Shown: piece by piece, positions 61,451 to 64,000 of the stretch
Layout: each line of letters begins with the position of its first letter
How positions within the stretch are numbered: position 1 is the stretch's first letter
Assembly: GCA_013239625.1 (NCBI GenBank)
Contig: MU053404.1
Span: forward strand, 22,413-86,412
DNA from: Lama guanicoe
Taxonomy: Eukaryota
Direction: 5' to 3'
Length of the DNA stretch: 64,000 nucleotides
Translations under genes and position numbers: made by a program
The notes under the pieces: generated by a model
What the model saw: only the letters and a program-made list of their open reading frames with translations
What the model was told of the DNA's origin: nothing
Databases searched by the model: none

Positions 61451-63229
61451 AGATGCATAATTCAACTTCTCCACTTTACCTTCTGAAAACTAAGGCCCAC
61501 AAACATGAGAAAAACAAAAAGGCAGCTTCCCTGATTTCACATGTGGGTGGAAGGAGGGGGACTATCCACTGACCCTACATTCGAGAATTCCAGAACCTTT
61601 CACTGGCGGCAGACAAACTATAGGCTTGCCTTGATGTAGGAGAGAGATTAGTGCACATTCTCAATTCCCACCCAAACTGAGACCTCTAATATCATGAACC
61701 AGTCCCATTGGAAAGAATTTCTCGATCAAATCACATGCTCCCTTTTTCAGAGTGCCCAACTTTCTGAGTCTCCCCACCAGAGCTAGAATATGAAATCCAC
61801 AGCCATCATAAAAAATCCACCCTTGGATTTTCTGTGTGTAAAAGAAACTCTTCTCTCACCAGTGCATCCATGCTGTCTGGGGAGGGGAGCTGGCTCTTAC
61901 TCCTCCCTGCTGTCCTGTTTGTGAAGCCTTTCTGGACACACCAGCCACAGGGAACCTCCTTTGTCCGTTCTCTCCCATCACTTATTTTCTCTGTTCATTT
62001 GATGGCTGCCATAAACTGCCTGAGGAATCTATTGTCTCCTGGTGGAAAAGTCTTTCAGATTTACATCATCCTTCCTAAGGATGTTAACAAATGCTTAGGT
62101 CTTTTCTTCCCCAATTGACTCTTGACATTGCAGAGATGGAGGGCATACCTTATCCACCTTCACAGCCCTCTCTGCTCTAGGACAGCTTGGCCCATGTTTG
62201 CTGTCATGCACGGGGGCCGTCTTGGGGCTTGTGCTCCACCCCAGCTGTCAAGCTTACCTTCCTGCCTGGGTTCATCGCTGAGGACCTACCGCCTCTTCAA
62301 TGCTCTGCATCATTGGAAACTGACATGAAAAATCTGCTCAAGTACTCAGAGGCTGTTCCTTTGTGGAGCAATGAACATAATAACAGACTCGTATGCAGGC
62401 TACCTGCCTCTGCTGCAGCAAGCCTGTCCTACACCCCAACTGCAGCAGGACTGCAGACTGGGGTATTTCTGTTCATTAACATCAGGACCTCTGAAATAAC
62501 CGTAGGGTTCTCAGCCCTGGGCTCTAAAGGGACTTGTGCTATGTATATATTTCCCAGGTAGCCTCAGTGTGAGCCTCTCGGGGCTCCTGTGGGAGTTTGA
62601 AGCTTAATAATTGCCCCCTGCCCTCTACATCCCCTCAGGAGCAGTTGCTGAGAAAGGGAGAACTATGTGGTCCAGCAGCATTGGGAGTTCCTTTCAGAAA
62701 AGTTATTAACTGCCTGTCTCTTGGGCTCAGCTAAAGAGCCACCCCTTCCATCCAAAACTATCTCCTTTGGTCAATGATATCTGAAATGACACTCGTTAAT
62801 TCAGTCACAAAAGGGCTCTGCTAAAATTATGATACCTTGTGTGGAGGAAATAACCTCTTCAGATAGTAGAAAATGTATGAAGTCGTGGAAATTCTCACTC
62901 AATGTAGTTTTTTCTCAGAATTTTTATGAGAAGGTCATGATAAGCTTGGTGGAGGGATGGAGAGAGAGACAAATATTGGGACACAGTGGTCTGTGAGCTT
63001 CTAGTGAGAGAACATTGAGGACTAAGGGGCACCAGGAGCAGTGGGTGCCAGGAAACTCCAGACCCTGGACATGCTTGCTGACCCACTACAGATCCTTCAT
63101 GATGGTCAGCTCCTGGCTCACCAGCAGCTGCCCTCCCCAGAACGGGTGTCTGCACTTGGTCCTCTAAATACAGCTGCTGCAGATGTGATCAGAGCTTAGA
63201 CCCAGCACAGCCCCATTTCACCAGCAATG

Positions 63230-63690
63230 ACATATGAACCTCATGGTAACCACAAACCAAAAACCTATAACAGATAAACAAAGTAAAAAATAAAAATAAG
63301 AGAATATAAACATAACACTGTAAAAAAAGACAAAGAAAGCCATTTCATAATGATAAAGAGGTCAATTCAACAGGAGGCTATCATATTTGTAAATATTTGT
63401 GTCCCCAAAAGAGCAGCATATAAATATGTACAGGAAATATTAATAGGAATTAAAGGGAGAAATAGAGACAATAATAAGTAGTGTTTTAACACACCACTTA
63501 CTTCAGTGGATAAATCACCAGTCATAAAATCAACAAGAAAAAAATGGATTTAAATGACAAATTAAACCAGATAGACTTAGTAGATATGAACAAAACATTC
63601 AATCCCAAGGCAGCAGAATGTACATTCTCCTCAAGTGCACATGGAACATTCTCTAGGATAGACCACATACTCAGACATAAAAGAACACCC
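63230..63690 (+). mobile_element. L1 inter-ORF / ORF2 endonuclease-domain fragment
   Basis: Degenerate IMIKxSIQQE and 'ECTFSSSAHGTFSRIDHIL' (canonical YTFFSSAHGTFSRIDH). Confidence 0.8.
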
Positions 63691-64000
63691 ACTGCCACAA
63701 CCAAATGGTAGAGGAAAAAACAAAATAGAATTATTTGTCTTTGCCACACTTAACACCAGAAATACTTTAGTGTAGGCTGCAAGTAAAACCAGGAGCTCAG
63801 TTGCATCACAGTCTTTGTAGCTCCCAGGGGGTGGTTCCAAGTTTATGCTGAAGCAGAGGAGAACTCCCCGCATTATAGCAAATGGGACAGAACAGGTCAG
63901 CCCAGGCTGACAGGTTGGGAAACTTGGGACTCTTTTCCAAACCATCCCAGTCCGATCTCCTCTGCCTCAGGGACAGAGGGCCAAGACCCGCGCTCGAAGC
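63691..64000. mobile_element. Possible LTR insertion interrupting the L1 fragment; runs off the right edge
   Basis: Abrupt end of L1 homology followed by TG-starting, GC-richer sequence. No family recognised. Confidence 0.3.

Overview
Mammalian genomic DNA, probably camelid, judged from a vic-1-like tRNA-derived SINE and short cetartiodactyl-type L1 tails. It covers part of a class II olfactory receptor (OR) cluster that looks orthologous to the human 17p13.3 OR3A/OR1 cluster. Five single-coding-exon OR loci are present: an OR3A10-like pseudogene (-), an OR3A4-like pseudogene (-), an OR3A1-like pseudogene (+), an intact OR3A2/3-like gene (+) and an open OR1P1-like gene (-). The window opens inside a young L1 (ORF1 plus a CpG-rich 5'UTR, minus strand). 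The rest is mostly old L1, L2, MIR, LTR and DNA-transposon debris. I found no evidence for a wholly new biological system. The most notable unexplained structures are: (i) a candidate Lhx2/Ebf 'Greek island'-type OR enhancer at ~14.75-15.2 kb; (ii) four nested or adjacent tandem duplications at 46-53 kb with clustered mutations; (iii) a SINE and a 5'-inverted L1 stacked at one target site that is present in three copies; (iv) paralogous OR3A promoter/non-coding-exon modules and a likely gene-conversion tract; (v) an unfused OR3A4/OR3A10 pair. Repeat subfamily names and OR orthologies are from pattern recognition and memory, not database searches.
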